Shown one piece after another: positions 1 to 11,062 of a stretch of DNA of 64,000 nt. The notes under the pieces were generated by a model. The model was given only the letters and a program-made list of their open reading frames with translations. It did not search any database and was not told where the DNA came from. Made by a program: the position numbers and the translations under genes. This DNA is from Octopus bimaculoides (Eukaryota). Positions within the stretch are counted from its first letter, which is position 1, and each line of letters opens with the position of its first letter. Where the stretch lies: positions 184,229,617-184,293,616 of the forward strand of contig NC_068982.1 of NCBI RefSeq assembly GCF_001194135.2, in the 5' to 3' direction.

Positions 1-59
1 TCCGTGTACTATTCGGTAATCATTCAAACTCAGGGAACATAACTAGTCAATGAGAATAT

Positions 60-400
60 ACGAGGGGAAACAAACGTGAAAAAAGGAAGAAACGCTCTTA
101 GGGAAGGGGTATAAATTTGTTCTTGAAAGTTGGTGATGCCCTTTCAATCAGGACATGAAAATTGAGTTTGTCAGAAAAGGTCTTACATGCAGAGGAAGAA
201 AACTATTAACGTTGAGTGTATATAACGAAGAGTGATGCAATATGTTTTATCGTTGTGAATATGTGTCAGTATTAAGCTTGTAAGTCTTCAGTATATAGAT
301 AGGTCTAATATCGAGAGAATGTGGAAGCCCGTGGCTCCCAGGGGTATTTGAACAGGAGAAAGGCTAGTGTATCTAACCTAGAGAGAAGGTTTCCTCCAAT
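60..400 (-). mobile_element. Decayed Penelope-like element RT C-terminal/thumb fragment (Neptune/Poseidon-like)
   Basis: Manual minus-strand translation gives KLNTDTYS, resembling PLE YKPTDTHSY, plus LKGHHQL resembling RGYP. Many stops and frameshifts. Confidence 0.45.
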
Positions 401-429
401 TTAACAACAGAAATTTGTCTAGATGTATA

Positions 430-760
430 CATTTCGTAAATAGCTCTGACCTTATGCTATTCTTTGACTTAATGAGTAGATCTAACCTCATTCATTTCGA
501 GATCCCTACTGGAAGAAGCAACAAACTTCGCCAGAAAATACATAATCATTGAGCAAACAGAGTTGAAGATGCATGCACGCAAAACCTCCCTTTTTGTGAG
601 GAATCAGAAAATCAGAACCAGATGACCGATTTGATGTCTCAATGGGTTCATATAACTGAACTGAAAAATGTGATATGTTCACGCTTTTATACTGGATATT
701 CTACAACTAAATTCCCGCCTATGATGGATTAGGAATATCTTACGGCTGCGATGATCATAC
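430..760 (+). mobile_element. Decayed Penelope-like element RT core fragment (FDVTMGS/GLYRDDGL clade)
   Basis: Translates to LLEEATNFARKYIII..MHARKTSLF, FDVSMGSYN*TEKCD (~628-670) and AYDGLGIS, matching the recalled motifs IMHARKSLLF, FDVTMGSxDGAEVCEL and YRDDGL. Confidence 0.75.
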
Positions 761-990
761 GCTAGAAACATATCTGTGTTTAGTAGTAAATGTCTTAACA
801 AAGATGAGTTCTTAGAGGCTTTCCTAGATCGCTTACAAGCCTTACCATAAAACAAACAAAGAATAAATAAACATTCTTGCTGTCCCTATTGTCTTTGAAA
901 TACCTTATAGCGATCCTTAACACTAAGCCCTTCAAACTCTCTTTCTCTGAAGTCATTTTCCAAAGGGCAGTCCCATAATAAGGAATTTAA

Positions 991-1062
991 GAATTTGAAC
1001 TCGGAATGTAAAGAGCCGGAAGAAATATCGCAAAGCATTTTTCTAACGATTCTGCTAGTTTC
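991..1062 (-). mobile_element. SINE family A head fragment
   Basis: gaatttgaactcggaatg...ctaacgattctgctag is the reverse complement of the family A head (B box GAGTTCAAATT). Confidence 0.7.
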
Positions 1063-1097
1063 CCAATAATCATAGAAAGTTAATCTTATCAGGTTAA

Positions 1098-1181
1098 AGA
1101 AGTGATTTTAAATTCTCAATCGCAGGATAATGCTAATAATATAGCCTGAACAGGATAAGCTACCCCTATTTTGCAGAAAAA
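1098..1181. mobile_element. Truncated copy of 95-bp TTAA-flanked MITE
   Basis: Near-identical inverted copy of 23172-23266. One end is TTAA|AGAAGTGATT; the other TIR is missing. Confidence 0.75.
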
Positions 1182-1338
1182 AGTGTAGGTGGTTAGCTGT
1201 GGACTCGAACTCACATCTCATCTTCCATCTGTTATTTTGTTCCTATAAAGGAAGTAGTCCTCAATGTGAGAGATAGTGTCTACTGGACAATAGCCAATCT
1301 GCTTTTGTCATTGCTTTCTACCTGCGGCAATTCCTACA

Positions 1339-1545
1339 AGCTCAAAGAATCGTTAGCATGCTGGACAGGATGCTTGGCGGCATTTCGTCTGTCTTTATGC
1401 TCTGAGTTCAAATTCCGCCGAGGTCGACGTTGCCTTTCATCCTTTCGAGGTCGATAAAATAAGTACCAGTCAAGCACTGAGGTCGATGTAATCGACTTAC
1501 CTTCTCCTCCAAAATTGCTGGCCTTGTACCAACACTTGAAACCAT
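1339..1545 (+). mobile_element. tRNA-derived SINE family A
   Basis: A/B-box head (gagttcaaattcc), central gcctttcatcctttcgaggtcgataaaataagtaccag and tail aaaattgctggccttgtacc. Homologous copies occur across the window. Confidence 0.9.
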
Positions 1546-1879
1546 TATTAAGGCTGACTTCACATCATAGAGCTTATCAAATGAAAAGCCACGCGTTTGA
1601 TTGGCAAACAGCCGACAGCCCTGACACTTTCACTATTGATCTAGAAACTTTCACGCTTCTCTTGTTACTCCTTCCTTCTCTACTATTGTGGCCACACACG
1701 TACATTTATGTAGGCGCATGTTTATCGGTAGATGTGTGTACACATTTGTGTGCATGGTTCTGCGTGAGCGTGTATATTTGTGTACGTATGTATGCTTATA
1801 CGTGTGTGCGTGCGCATGAATTTATGTGCTTGTGTATATTTGTTCGTGTCTTTGTGTATTATCCCATGTATTTATACGT

Positions 1880-1888
1880 GTACATGTA

Positions 1889-1929
<41 letters not shown>

Positions 1930-2211
1930 CATATATATATATATGTATGTTACTGTATTTTTCATGAGTGCTTTTATGGTGTTCCTTTATATTTGTATAT
2001 GTTTATATATCGGGGTATTCGTTTGAATTTACGCGTTCATTTATATTTCTGTGTGTTTGTCATTGTATGGAAGTGTCTCTGTGTGTTTGTCTATGTGTCT
2101 GTGTACGTGTCAGCATGTGTGTGCGTGTCTGTCTGTCAGTCAATATGTGTGCGCCTGTGAGTATCTCTAGGTTTGTTAGTGTGTGTCAGCCTGTTTTTGT
2201 CAGTTTCCGTA

Positions 2212-2297
<86 letters not shown>

Positions 2298-2340
2298 TGT
2301 GTGTGTGTGTGTGTGTGTGCGTGCATGTATCTGTCAGTGC
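1880..2340. repeat. (TA)n and (TG)n microsatellites
   Basis: Direct dinucleotide runs; source of spurious CVCV/YIYI ORFs. Confidence 0.95.
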
Positions 2341-2829
2341 GTGTGTCTCTGAGTGTGTCGCATACATTACTAACTCAGCGGTTGCGAGAATGAGAGACAA
2401 TATTCTCCACCCAGTTCTGGTGGTCATGTTGACTGAGCAAATTCCATTTGATGTTCTGCAATCTTATTCTCTACAAAGCCAGTCTTCACTCTACCATACA
2501 CCCCCCTCCCGATTCCAGTCCGCTACAGCCCCCTTTCCTATTTCCTGGACAGCTGTTTGCTATTTGTATCTTGATTCTTGCCCCTCAGTATGTTGCACAC
2601 ATCAAACATCTCAATATCAGAGCGCAACAGTTCACATATTTCACTTGCGTTTTTTTTTTTATATTTGGTTTGTAAATGTGAGCTGTGTTAATGGTGGTAA
2701 TAATAGTGGTTAGTGCTGTTGCTATAGTGGTTGTGGTTTGTGGTGGTGGGGGGAGTAGTGAGAATTACAGCGCTGGTTGTAGTGGCAGTGTGCTTTGGTA
2801 GTGATGCTTGTAGAGAAGTTGTAATTGTT

Positions 2830-2921
2830 ATTGCTGTTTTTGGTCTTGTTTAGTCCAAAGTCAGCCTTCTTCATGCAGCAGATTTACGATCAAAGGCATA
2901 CAAGTTGTAAATAACACGCCC

Positions 2922-2993
<72 letters not shown>

Positions 2994-3110
2994 ACTCATT
3001 ACACATTCCTCGAGCTATGTTTTTCAATGCGTCCTTCCCTTTTTAAACACAATACAATGTGATTTAGGGTAGATCTGGCTGCTACTTCTTGCAGATCGTT
3101 AGACCGCATA
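2830..3110 (+). repeat. Dispersed repeat family G with internal (CA)n
   Basis: Shares gatcaaaggcat... and gatctggctgctacttcttgcag modules with 21725-21890 (+), ~42555-42630 (+), ~55730-55850 (-) and ~15800-15960 (-). Confidence 0.6.
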
Positions 3111-3448
3111 TGTTCTCCTCAGTGGCTCCTTCGGGTGTTGTTTTTGCAGTGTTTGATGAGAATAGTGGTATGGGGATGTGTATGTTGTATTGTTAGTGTT
3201 NNNNNNNNNNGGGGGGGGGCGGTTGTATCACCAGTGGTAGTTGTGGTGTTGAGAGTGGTTGGAGTAATGGAGGCGGTTGTGGTAGTAACGGGCGTGGTTG
3301 GATTGGTGGAGGTAGTTGTGTAGTGGTGGTGGTGGTGGTGCTGGTGGTGGTTGCAATATAAGTTTCGTGAACGTTTAGAATACGTCCATTGATCAAATGT
3401 TCACACACGCGCCGGCGCGCATGCAGTAAATCCGCTAATGAAGCGCTT

Positions 3449-5295
3449 AGGTACTTGTTTATTGAAAGCCAATGTCGTGATTGTCATCGTAGCAATACCT
3501 TTGAATGGGTTTAGGAACATTCATTGAAGGCACATTGATCGAAAGTACATTGACCGAAAGCACATTGATCGAAAGCACATTGCTCGAAACTACAATGCTG
3601 GAGGTCATCATGGTCGGAAAGCAAATTGGTCAAAAAATAAAAAAAGAAAAAGAAAAAAGAAAAAAGAAAAATAACTATAACAAATTAATCGAAAACATAA
3701 TTGCTAAAGAAAAGGCAGAATACTCATTGAAATTTTAATATTTTTCAAAGAGATAGGTATAAAAAAAACATATATATATATAAAAATAGTGCAATGATTT
3801 ATTAATACTTGAATCGACTGTCAAAGTGCTTTAAAATTCTTGAATTTAGAAATCGATTATATATAAATCAGAATTAAGAGATCATATATAATCTACACGA
3901 TTTGACGTCGGGTTAAAGAAGTTATTTATAATAACCATAAAATATGAACATTCATGTCACAAAATCATTGTCCTTTTGAAAGATATACTGGACGTTCAAT
4001 AATTAATTGCGGTCCACTGCCTAAGTTTTTGTCGAGTACTAGTGGCTATTGAATTGTTCAGGTCGTGTGTCCATGATAGAAATAGTTATTACAAGAACAA
4101 TGCATTGACTTCATATAATGTGGGACAAAGTACTCTGTGTCAGTTACGTCCCTTTAGCTGCTTGTCTTGAGTATGCTTTGAATTGTATCCGGTAAATGGG
4201 ACTCTGGTTTAAGAGATCCGGAATTTTGAAGAGTGTGGAACCACATGTGAGCCATTATTGTTCCCGAGTCTACTCTGACCCGGAGTTGTAGCACCTTTCA
4301 GAGTCCAACCGAGTCAGAGTATGTTGAAGTGATGGGATGTGAACTGTGGTGGATGTGAACTATTTCGGTTGATGAACTTATTGAATCAATGGCGAATATC
4401 ACTAGATGCTGAACGGATGAGCAGACAATAAACCGCCAACGACCAGGATCAACCAATTCAGTAAGCGAACTACTACTATCATCTGTAGTCGTGGCGAGCG
4501 CAGATGGGATATTTTAGTTAGTGAAAGACCAATGTAAGTAAAACTTAGGTCAGACATTCATGCTTCATCGCTCGATCGGGACGTCTGGCGTGGACAAGTT
4601 ACATCGGTCCGAGTAAGTCACCCAACTGGATGATTTAGAGTCTATCTAACTCCGCCATAGGGAACTTCTCCATACCCCTTGGGACCCTAAAATAAATAAA
4701 TTGGATTCATCTAAACGATCATACTGCACCTAGAAAGTTTGTGGTTGTGTTCCTATTTCAGAAATCAGCATTATGGCTATTACCAGCGAAGAATATTCCA
4801 ATATTTATTTTTCTTTATACACTATACGTAATAGTTACAAATAATGAATGAAAAAAAGTATTTAAAAAATGAATAAAAAGAATGAAAATATATTTAATTT
4901 CAAAGATAATTTGTTCTAATTTAAAAATTATAGTAATCTTTTTTTTTTTAAATTTAGCCGAGATTAAGTTTCAATATATTTTTATTTACTTTTTTGTTAA
5001 GTAATCTGAAAATTGTTTAAAATATATTCAATTTGAATTTGTTTAACTTGTTCTTGTTTAAAAATGTGCCGATATTAAGTTTCAATGTATTTCTATATTT
5101 CTCTACGAATATCTCTTTCGATGTATTCTATGTCGATTAACACATTTTCGATCAATATGTTTTCCTATGAATATGTATTTCGACCAATTTGACTTTCTAT
5201 GAATATGCCTCACGACTAATTTGCTTTTCAGTCAGAATCTATTCGACGGATATGTTTTTAAAGAATGTTTTAGCTGAATATACTGTATCACTTTC
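3449..5295. mobile_element. Foldback/Mutator-like element with inverted 15-bp subterminal repeat arrays
   Basis: Left array (cacattgatcgaaag)x~5 at ~3520-3590. Right array of degenerate reverse complements (tttcgatcaat...) at ~5115-5280. Inner inverted homology cattgaaattttaatat / atattaagtttcaatg. Boundaries approximate. Confidence 0.55.
4500..4630 (+). mobile_element. Possible RTE-type LINE 3' end
   Basis: gatcgggacgtctggcgtggacaagtt reads DRDVWRGQV, like the RTE C-terminal DRxxWR motif, and ends in gatgat. Confidence 0.35.
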
Positions 5296-6308
5296 GAAAA
5301 CTTACTTGGAATTCTTTATTATTTTTTTTTTTTTGCCTGTTATTTATAGAATATTTCTTTGGAAGAAAAGAATCGATTTTTCCCTCTTCGTTGTCAGTAT
5401 ATAGCAGATCGAACATAACATTATGAGTGACGTATATCTCCTCACAATTCGGCTTCCGTTATTAGTGAGTTGCGGGATCGAACCTGAAACTGAATGGTTG
5501 AAAAGCGACCTTCTTAATCAAACAGCGGTGCCTGAGCGCATCTATGTTTGTATATCTGTTTGATAGAAATTTGATCGGTAGTCTCTAATCCACCCCTTCT
5601 TCATTCCACCCTCAATGAAAGAAAATCTTTTCAAAATCTGAAAGCTTTTCAGTAAAAAGGAAACGTCGCCTTATTTTAGTTAAATGATACGTAATATTGG
5701 GTAAAATGAGAAATTAATGATTTATTTTCTGAATATATGTTTTTTAAAAACTCTGAAATTATAACGTTAAATTTAACACCAAACATATTCTGTAGAGTGG
5801 TACAGTTTTTAACTGCTTCCAGTACCCTGTTTTCTTTTTCGTTCTTTTCTCTCTTCCTTTCACCAGTCCTCTCTCTCTCTCTCTCTCTCTCTGCATGTCT
5901 GTGTCTGTATGTGAGTTGTGTAATATAAGAAAAGAAATTTACCCAGTATAACATATCAATTAACTAGAACAACGCAGCGGTTTCAATTTACCCAGAAACC
6001 TACAGCTTGCCAAAAGCATTCAGTTTTGTCGGATTTTTGAATTTCTGAGTGCCGCCTAAATGTATCACTAGAATAAAAGAAGAAAAAAAAGAGATTCTGA
6101 TATTTAAAAAAAATATTAATTTAAAGATAAATCAAAGCATCTCATTACTTAGCAATATGAGTTTGAATTTATTGCAACTCTGAGGGCAGTGTCTTCGTTG
6201 ATCTGAAAGTTTAAACTCGGCTTCTTTCACGTTACTAAAAATTATGTGCGTTTGCATGTATACATGCATACATGTCACCTGAAACACATTGCAGAGATAT
6301 CTTCAGTT

Positions 6309-6430
6309 ACTCTTTTACTCTTTTACTTGTTTCAGTCATTTGACTGCGGCCATGCTGGAGCAACGCCTTTAGTCGAGCAAATCGACCCCAGGACTTATTC
6401 TTTGTAAGCCTAGTACTTATTCTATCGGTC
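6309..6430 (-). mobile_element. SINE family B 3' tail
   Basis: Reverse complement of gatagaataagtactaggcttac...ccagcatggccgcagtcaaatgactgaaacaagtaaaag, as at 24400-24503. Confidence 0.9.
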
Positions 6431-7092
6431 NNNNNNNNNNNNNNNNNNNNNNNNNNNNNNNNNNNNNNNNNNNNNNNNNNNNNNNNNNNNNNNNNNNNNN
6501 NNNNNNNNNNNNNNNNNNNNNNNNNNNNNNNNNNNNNNNNNNNNNNNNNNNNNNNNNNNNNNNNNNNNNNNNNNNNNNNNNNNNNNNNNNNNNNNNNNNN
6601 NNNNNNNNNNNNNNNNNNNNNNNNNNNNNNNNNNNNNNNNNNNNNNNNNNNNNNNNNNNNNNNNNNNNNNNNNNNNNNNNNNNNNNNNNNNNNNNNNNNN
6701 NNNNNNNNNNNNNNNNNNNNNNNNNNNNNNNNNNNNNNNNNNNNNNNNNNNNNNNNNNNNNNNNNNNNNNNNNNNNNNNNNNNNNNNNNNNNNNNNNNNN
6801 NNNNNNNNNNNNNNNNNNNNNNNNNNNNNNNNNNNNNNNNNNNNNNNNNNNNNNNNNNNNNNNNNNNNNNNNNNNNNNNNNNNNNNNNNNNNNNNNNNNN
6901 NNNNNNNNNNNNNNNNNNNNNNNNNNNNNNNNNNNNNNNNNNNNNNNNNNNNNNNNNNNNNNNNNNNNNNNNNNNNNNNNNNNNNNNNNNNNNNNNNNNN
7001 NNNNNNNNNNNNNNNNNNNNNNNNNNNNNNNNNNNNNNNNNNNNNNNNNNNNNNNNACACACACACACACACACACACATAAGTGGCGATAA

Positions 7093-7533
7093 ACATGTTT
7101 ATGACGATTACTTATGTCTCCGCTTTTCAGGAGCAGCTTGATGTATCGGTGAAAAGTCAATGGCGTAGGTGAGCATAAAGATTCAAGTTGTAGCTGAGAA
7201 AAAGCTGACATGAGGGCCTGGAAGCCATCTGAATATTGGAAAAGAGTTACCCGTACCATTATGATTTGCGTCGGGTGTTAAAATGCCGACATCATGGCTG
7301 CTGCTATGAACACAGTAAAGGCTGTGAGACGTGATATGGACATCTTTGTAACGGAGACCACGAAGCTGTGGCCAGCAGGTAGGGACACAGGCGCTCCTCA
7401 CATCTTTGAACTCTAATTCAAATGGCTATGTGAAACTGTAGAAGACTGTGGTTAAACCCTGACTGAAGAGGGTTGCTGCTGGTGACACATATATGTATCA
7501 TAGAAGGATTTGGCTCCGCTATACCTCCGGAAA
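7093..7533 (+). mobile_element. Tc1/mariner deletion derivative, 5' part, same family as 38110-38982
   Basis: Colinear with the reverse complement of 38690-38980 (ttgatgtatcggtgaaaagtcaa..., gaaaagagttac...). Then encodes TVVKP*LKRVAAGDTY..DLAP, a DDD-domain fragment. Confidence 0.8.
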
Positions 7534-7676
7534 GTTTCCGTTTACCAAATCCACTCACAAGGCTTTGATCGGCCCGAGGCTATAGTAGAAGACACTTGCC
7601 CAAGGTGTCACGCAGTGGGACTGAACCCGGAACCATGTGGTTGGTAAGCAAGCTACTTACCACACGGCCACTCCTT
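7533..7676 (-). mobile_element. SINE family B head plus CORE-like domain
   Basis: Reverse complement of gtggccgtgtggtaag...ggttcagtccc...ttgggcaagtgtcttctactatagcctcgggccg. Confidence 0.9.
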
Positions 7677-7790
7677 CGCCTATATATGAAATACATATAT
7701 GAAATTTTGAACTTAGTTCACGGATCCCCAGTACTACCTTTGCGGACCATCAAGGGTCGGTGCCACAAGTTGGGAACCACTGCTCTATGC

Positions 7791-7983
7791 CATCGGTTCC
7801 CAAACATTTTCAGACTGCTGCCCCCTTGGCACCCAAGCCACATTCCTAGCGCCTCCCTCACCACCACAAACGTAGACCAATTTCCGCAGCAAATTTAATA
7901 CTACCGTACTTCACAAATATATCTGAACCCAATTAACCCCCACCTAAGGGGTGGGGCAATATCGCTCACTTTTGGAACCAATG
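7791..7983. mobile_element. hAT-type MITE (CAGTGGTTCCCAA-like TIRs)
   Basis: Left TIR catcggttcccaaac, right TIR tttggaaccaatg. 8-bp flanks ctctatgc / tgctatac match partially. A second right end, ttgggaaccactg, lies at 7770-7782. Confidence 0.65.
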
Positions 7984-8077
7984 TGCTATACCTTTAACGC
8001 AATTCTTTCTTAGGCCCTCGGTTCTTTTTCCGCACTTCATCTTCTATAGTTAACCAGATCAACTCCTCTGTTCTTCT

Positions 8078-8120
8078 GTACTCTCTGATGAAGACCGAGT
8101 GTCTTGAAACATTAGGCTTT
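8078..8120 (+). ncRNA. Decayed Penelope-type minimal hammerhead ribozyme-like motif
   Basis: CTGATGA (8085-8091), short stem aagac/gtctt, GAAAC (8106-8110), then attagg where the canonical sequence is GTT/GTC. Confidence 0.4.
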
Positions 8121-8297
8121 TCACTCCTCATTCTACACTTTCTTTTGTTACAGATTTTCTAACATCCGACAGTGTAACTTGAACCCTGCTCCCGTCGTTA
8201 ATGAAGCATGTATTCCTGCCACAGAGGACCGTACATCTTTAGCAGCTCTGTACCTTCACAAAACAAATAACTTGTCACTCGTTACTACTACAGTTAT

Positions 8298-8355
<58 letters not shown>

Positions 8356-9169
8356 GTTGTTGTTGTTACTAGTAAAGCTACCAGCCCCACCGTTGCTGCA
8401 AACAGCACTACTTTCACCACTATCACTCCAAAGCAACAACAACCACCACCATCACCACTATCACCATCACCATCACCACTAACAACAGCAATACTACCAT
8501 CACCGCCACTACCAGCGCCAAAACCACCACCACCACCACCACCACCAGCAGCAGCTGTGGTGGTGGTGGTGGTGGTGGTGGTGACTGTTGTTACTTTTGA
8601 TGTTTTAAAGCAGACGGAGATGAAGGGAAGAACAAGATGGTAGGAGGAGGGAAAGACATGTAGAACAAGGATTAAAAGGAGGATGGGGAAGAGGAGGAGG
8701 AGGAGGAGGNNNNNNNNNNNNNNNNNNNNNNNNNNNNNNNNNNNNNNNNNNNNNNNNNNNNNNNNNNNNNNNNNNNNNNNNNNNNNNNNNNNNNNNNNNN
8801 NNGAGGGGAATATCTGTTCTCTTTTCCTTATCTTCTGAAACCCAATTAGTGTGGACATACACCAATGACCTCCGTTCAGCTCTGATAATCAACCAATCAC
8901 CTTTCTTACGCACCACCAAGTAACCACTTGCTTAACACTTGCTAACAATTTGGCAAAACAACGGTATCGATGGACTCCTACTCCCTAACTCTCACTCCAC
9001 TTCCACCCATTCCAGCATCCCCGCCTATTTAAAATTCACTGTCTCCTCTGAACTTTGAAACTAAATCCCGTCAAATGCATAACATTTTCACCCACCGTAG
9101 TTATGACCCGCCCATGACTTGGGTGTTAGGCTATGTGTATATGTATGCCAATGCGAACGATAATCTTTG

Positions 9170-9279
9170 TTAATATTATTATTATTATCGTCATCGTCAT
9201 CATCATCATCATCATCATCATTTTATCGTTCTACACCGTCCTCGATCTTTTTGTCAACCTTCGTAGCTTATAAAGAAAA

Positions 9280-9375
<96 letters not shown>

Positions 9376-9487
9376 CGCGTGCTTTCACTACACTACCGAG
9401 CGCAGCTCTGGGTGCCTTGGGTACATGCTGTGGTTTGTTATGATACTCTTATTATTATTATTACTATTATTATCATTATTATTATTA

Positions 9488-9545
<58 letters not shown>

Positions 9546-9590
9546 GCTCTTATTTCATCATCGTCATCATCATCATCATCATTATTAAGG
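9170..9590. repeat. (ATT)n and (CAT)n microsatellites
   Basis: Direct trinucleotide runs. Confidence 0.95.
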
Positions 9591-9880
9591 GAACCGGAAA
9601 TTGTAACAGTATCCTTTTCCTTTCTTTATGCCCTTATGTTTGTCTACTTCTCTCCTCCTCTGTTTCTAACTCACATTCTCTTCTTGCTTCTGTTTCTCAC
9701 ACTGTACGCCTGTAGTTATAAATAAATATTTATATTGTAATAAATATCGTACCAAGAGCTGCGCGTTAATGTTTCATTAAATATTCGCATTTATAAAGCC
9801 CTTTCTACAATACGACACAGATGAAATAGGCTTATGTTTATGTTAAGAATTCCTTACTTTTCATATTCACCCATGCTTAC

Positions 9881-10169
9881 TGTAACATTTTTGGAGATTT
9901 ATTTGACCAAACATAGCGGCTCGTGAATAGAAAATGGATGTGAGCATGAACACAAATAATCCGCCACTTGAAATTTGTAATCTTGGTAAATTCAATATCT
10001 TTCGCATCACATTTGCGGATAAAACCTTCAGCCATTGTTCTATATTTACTGTGTCTGTTGATGCTACCACAATATTTTTGTGGTTTTCTGAGTTCATCGC
10101 TGTTATGTCTTTTTTCACCGGGCTACATTCCCTAAGACTAATATAGAGGACGTCTGATACAATGCGGTG
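9881..10169 (-). CDS. Candidate internal coding exon, product unknown
   Basis: Stop-free 289 nt between a possible acceptor (tacag|cac) and a strong donor (a|gtaagc). Reads HRIVSDVLYISLRECSPVKKD...EQWLKVLSANV...QKCY. No family recognised. Confidence 0.25.
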
Positions 10170-10569
10170 CTGTATTCATATCCTGCAAACTTATAACGCT
10201 CTATTGCCCAATTCACTTAATTTGCAAATATCTACTACCAAGATTGCGTGACTGATGCAAAATGCTATATCACTGCATAATGAACAAGTGTATATTTATC
10301 TTGGAGCATCTTTTTCTGAATAAAACTTTTTAGTGCTTAGTTAGTGAAAGAAGGGCAACATTCAATGTCTTTTTCACGGCCTCTGAGGCTGGTAGAAGGA
10401 AGCTATCCTCAAACCAAAGACCTCTCCTGTATGTTTGCAAGTGAAAAGATTATTTTTAAGGTGAGGAGGTGGTATTAATCCAGGAGGGCGGAGAGATTAA
10501 GTTACGTACCAAAAAAAAAAAAAAAAAAATCAGGAGCGCTCCATCTGAGAATCTTTCAAACAGCTTCAT

Positions 10570-10690
10570 TCTACGAAATTTCATTCACAAGTCTTTAGTT
10601 GACCGAAGATTATAGTAGAAGACACTTACCCAAAATTCCATATAGTGGGATTGGACCCTTAACCACGCAGTTGCAGGCCGAACATTTTAA
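10570..10690 (-). mobile_element. Degenerate SINE family B head/CORE
   Basis: tatagtagaagacacttacccaa...agtgggattggaccc matches the family B reverse complement. Confidence 0.7.
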
Positions 10691-11016
10691 ATACATAACC
10701 ATTTTGCAAAATCTTCAAGAATTGGTAAATTTTAGTAAACAATTAAAAGAAATTCTGAAATCAATGTCGACTATCAGTGTTAGATGCCTTTTTAGATTCC
10801 TCTTAGTTCAGTAATCCATGTCTTGAGTCACTTTCTATGATTTGTTACAGTTTCTGTTGTCAGTTAAGTTATTTCAGTGCAAAATGTAAACCCATACAGC
10901 TATCGCTAATACTATAATTACATTACTATTGCATCTACTAAACTACATTAGTTACAACGAAACTTTTATAATCACCACAATATTTCTTTAGTCATTACGA
11001 CTTTATTGGCCAACTA

Positions 11017-11059
<43 letters not shown>

Positions 11060-11062
<3 letters not shown>

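Noticed and set aside
3520-3600. Regularly spaced 15-bp repeats superficially like a CRISPR array
   Set aside because: The units are contiguous with no unique spacers, the context is eukaryotic and there are no cas genes; they are better explained as foldback subterminal repeats.
9015-9120. GC-box plus TATTTAAA promoter-like words
   Set aside because: The motifs are short and common, with no supporting context.
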